Shown here one piece after another: positions 29,952 through 32,000 of a stretch of DNA of 32,000 nucleotides (the stretch's first letter is position 1; each line of letters starts with the position of its first letter). The notes beneath the pieces are model-generated. The model made no database searches. It saw only the letters and a program-made list of their open reading frames with translations, and had not been told where the DNA came from. The DNA comes from Candidatus Kuenenia stuttgartensis (GTDB taxonomy: Bacteria; Planctomycetota; Brocadiia; Brocadiales; Brocadiaceae). The position numbers were made by a program, and so were the translations under genes. Location: assembly GCF_900232105.1 (NCBI RefSeq), contig NZ_LT934425.1, positions 2,340,001-2,372,000 of the forward strand, written 5' to 3'.

Positions 29952-30623
29952 TTAATAATGGCGGTAGTATGCTCTGGGAAACAGTTTTATGAGAATAATT
30001 CCTATCACGAAACCCCCGATGTGTGCCCACCACGCTACGCCGCCATCCCGGGTGTTTGCAATGGCCGCCGTACCATTAAAAAATTGTATGAAAAACCAGA
30101 ATCCCAATACAATATACGCCGGCAATTCAAAGATAAACAAGAGCGGTAGCAAAACCAGCACACGCGCCCGCGGATAGCTTATCATGTAAGCACCCAATAC
30201 ACCCGCAACCGCGCCACTTGCGCCAATACAAGGCACACCTGACTGGCGGTTAAAGGAAATATACACCACCGCTGAACCAATGCCGCAAATTAAGTAAAAA
30301 ACCACGAAGCCGAAACGCCCCAATATGTCTTCGATATTATCTCCAAAAATCCACAAATACCACATATTACCTAAAAGATGAATAAGCCCGCCATGGAGGA
30401 ACATGTAACTCAGGAAAGGGAAATATGTATTTGCCATATTCACCTCCGGGATATCCGCCGACTGGAAAATTTTGAGGGGAACTATGCCATAGGAGAAAAG
30501 GAAATATGTTAAATTCCTTCCTAAAGAGAGTTCAAAAAGAAAGGTCAGTACGTTTATAAGGATAATAATAACCGTGATAAGCGGGAATGTTCCGGATGGA
30601 TTTCGGTCTCGGATTGGTATCAT
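29952..30623 (-). CDS. Rhomboid family intramembrane serine protease
   Basis: 223 aa; FLSYMFLHGGLIHLLGNMWYLWIFGDNIED, GASGAVAGVLGAYMISYPRA, GGVAWWAHIGGFVIG. Confidence 0.93.
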   Translation of the reverse strand: MIPIRDRNPSGTFPLITVIIILINVLTFLFELSLGRNLTYFLFSYGIVPLKIFQSADIPEVNMANTYFPFLSYMFLHGGLIHLLGNMWYLWIFGDNIEDILGRFGFVVFYLICGIGSAVVYISFNRQSGVPCIGASGAVAGVLGAYMISYPRARVLVLLPLLFIFELPAYIVLGFWFFIQFFNGTAAIANTRDGGVAWWAHIGGFVIGIILIKLFPRAYYRHY

Positions 30624-30680
30624 TTGTTTTTTGGCCGAAATGGTAAAAATTCATCTCTTAAAAAACTATACTCTTTTGTT

Positions 30681-30809
30681 GTAACTATTCAGCGTAAACA
30701 ATACACGTCTCGTTCCAAACCTTGTACTGAGCATAGTGAAGTATCTGTTTGGGAACGAGTTGCGCTCTGATCTCTTGTAGTTTAATAAATTACGCTGAAT
30801 AGTTACCTT
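30681..30809 (+). repeat. Copy Y (complete, 129 bp) of the nested inverted-repeat element
   Basis: Outer IR GTAACTATTCAGCGTAA 30681-30697 / TTACGCTGAATAGTTAC 30793-30809 (17/17); inner arms CTCGTTCCAAAC 30709-30720 / GTTTGGGAACGAG 30747-30759. Confidence 0.9.
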
Positions 30810-30979
30810 TTGTTACTGAAATAACTTCTCAATAAGTTTAGATTTTAGCAATAATTTCTATAGTCCACACTCTGCAATTTGCCGACGGTAGATTGCAGTG
30901 TGCTGACTATATAGAAATTCCCCATTAAAAAAGGAAGCAAAACAGTGGAGTTGTTTACATAAATTTATTTAGAAGTTAC

Positions 30980-31600
30980 TTACTGAAAGGTATTGGCAAG
31001 CAGTTTGTAATAGGGGAAATTCCGTCCAGGGCAATCGGTTTGTTTGCAGTGCCTGTGCATAAGAACATTATCAGTAGGGATGTGACAACGTTCCTGTATG
31101 TATTCCACTAATGCGGAAAGTGATTTCATCTGTGCTTGCGTAGGATACGTTTTATTAAAATTCCCTACCAGACATATTCCTACGCCAAATTGGTTATATT
31201 CCTTTATCCCTGCGTGTGCACCATCTATCTGCCTTTTCCATCTATCACCCATTTCAATTTCACCATCGCCGGAACCCTTTCCATTTCCTATAACAAAATG
31301 GTATCCCAACCCGTTTTGCCATCCGCGCGATTGCCGGTGATATTTATCAAATTCTTCAGCGCTTCCGGTATCGGATGCGCTGTGATGGACAACAATGTAC
31401 TTCCAGTCGCGAACAAAACAACGTTCCAATTGGTTTTTAATATCGCTGCTCAGGTAGAAGTCCAATTTTTTTTCAGGTAGTTTCGCGCTTGGTTTCATAA
31501 TAGTCGATGTTGGTGGAATTGTTGGTGGAGAATAACATCCGCTCATGAAATAAAGAAGGGGGAAAAACATGCAAATACTCATTTTTTGCCAAAAAAGCAT
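30980..31600 (-). CDS. Lipoprotein N-acetylmuramoyl-L-alanine amidase (amidase_2/PGRP-like)
   Basis: 206 aa; YFMSGCYS lipobox-like; YIVVHHSASDTGSAEEFDKYHR...GLGYHFVIGNG...GAHAG...GVGICLVGNFN...HRHCKQTDCPGRNFPY. Confidence 0.9.
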   Translation of the reverse strand: MLFWQKMSICMFFPLLYFMSGCYSPPTIPPTSTIMKPSAKLPEKKLDFYLSSDIKNQLERCFVRDWKYIVVHHSASDTGSAEEFDKYHRQSRGWQNGLGYHFVIGNGKGSGDGEIEMGDRWKRQIDGAHAGIKEYNQFGVGICLVGNFNKTYPTQAQMKSLSALVEYIQERCHIPTDNVLMHRHCKQTDCPGRNFPYYKLLANTFQ

Positions 31601-31974
31601 TATAATTCTCCTAATAAATGTTTAACACTTGCATGCAACAATGAGTAAATCTTATAATCAGCGGGGATTATAACAAATGAAAGCCTTTTGTCAAATAACA
31701 AATATGGAGGTATTTTGTTATCTCCAGTAGCCCCATGATACGGTATATTGGGGCGTGAAAGACTACCCATGAGGGGATGTAGACCAATCACTACAATATG
31801 TAGTTGGAACTGGAGCCAACAGAGTACCCCTATTTTAAGGAATGAATGGATGCAAATAATTAACCAGGTAGATTTAAAAAGAATGTTAAACATCATAGAA
31901 AAACCCCTTTTCTTTAGCAACTTATCAATGCAGGGAAAAAATAGAATGGTATGTCTGAATTCGCATTTTATCAT
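31600..31974 (-). CDS. Hypothetical protein (up to 124 aa), translationally coupled to the amidase gene
   Basis: Open frame whose TAA overlaps the amidase ATG (TAATG), with AGGAG before that ATG; internal MM start possible; no recognised family. Confidence 0.3.
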   Translation of the reverse strand: MIKCEFRHTILFFPCIDKLLKKRGFSMMFNILFKSTWLIICIHSFLKIGVLCWLQFQLHIVVIGLHPLMGSLSRPNIPYHGATGDNKIPPYLLFDKRLSFVIIPADYKIYSLLHASVKHLLGEL

Positions 31975-32000
31975 TTTTCAAAAGTGAGAATACCTTGTTC

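Noticed and set aside
28941-30809. Composite transposon carrying ZIP and rhomboid genes
   Set aside because: The flanking repeats are short and carry no transposase, and one copy is truncated. Bracketing is noted as a finding, but mobility of the whole segment is not supported.

Overview
This 32 kb window looks like a chromosomal segment of an anammox-type planctomycete. The taxonomic call is an inference from an octaheme HAO-like/diheme cytochrome gene pair and an apparent Re-citrate synthase. The left part (about 1.2-10.6 kb) is mostly minus strand. It holds an origin-type cluster dnaA-dnaN-dciA(DUF721)-gyrB with no recF at its usual place, a DUF2835 gene, an amidohydrolase/deaminase, an MTAP/PNP-family phosphorylase and a fused 2-oxoacid oxidoreductase gamma-delta gene. 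The middle (10.9-24.2 kb, plus strand) has a Re-citrate-synthase-like gene, sucCD, an M1 peptidase, a cupredoxin-like/diheme/octaheme cytochrome cluster and a uvrA homologue. The right part has a flippase-like membrane protein, a CheW-CheX fusion, an unclassified 518-aa protein that may belong to a mobile element, a ZIP transporter, a rhomboid protease and an N-acetylmuramoyl-L-alanine amidase. The least explained signal is intergenic: several families of short dispersed, often palindromic repeats occur in two or more copies here, including a 58-bp inverted pair, a 90-bp TIR-bounded element, a nested inverted-repeat element next to uvrA, a nested IR element whose two copies bracket ZIP+rhomboid, and a 41-bp sequence shared by the 3' end of the 518-aa gene and the dnaA-dnaN intergenic region. 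No CRISPR array, tRNA or rRNA was recognised. All family calls come from reading motifs; no database searches were run.
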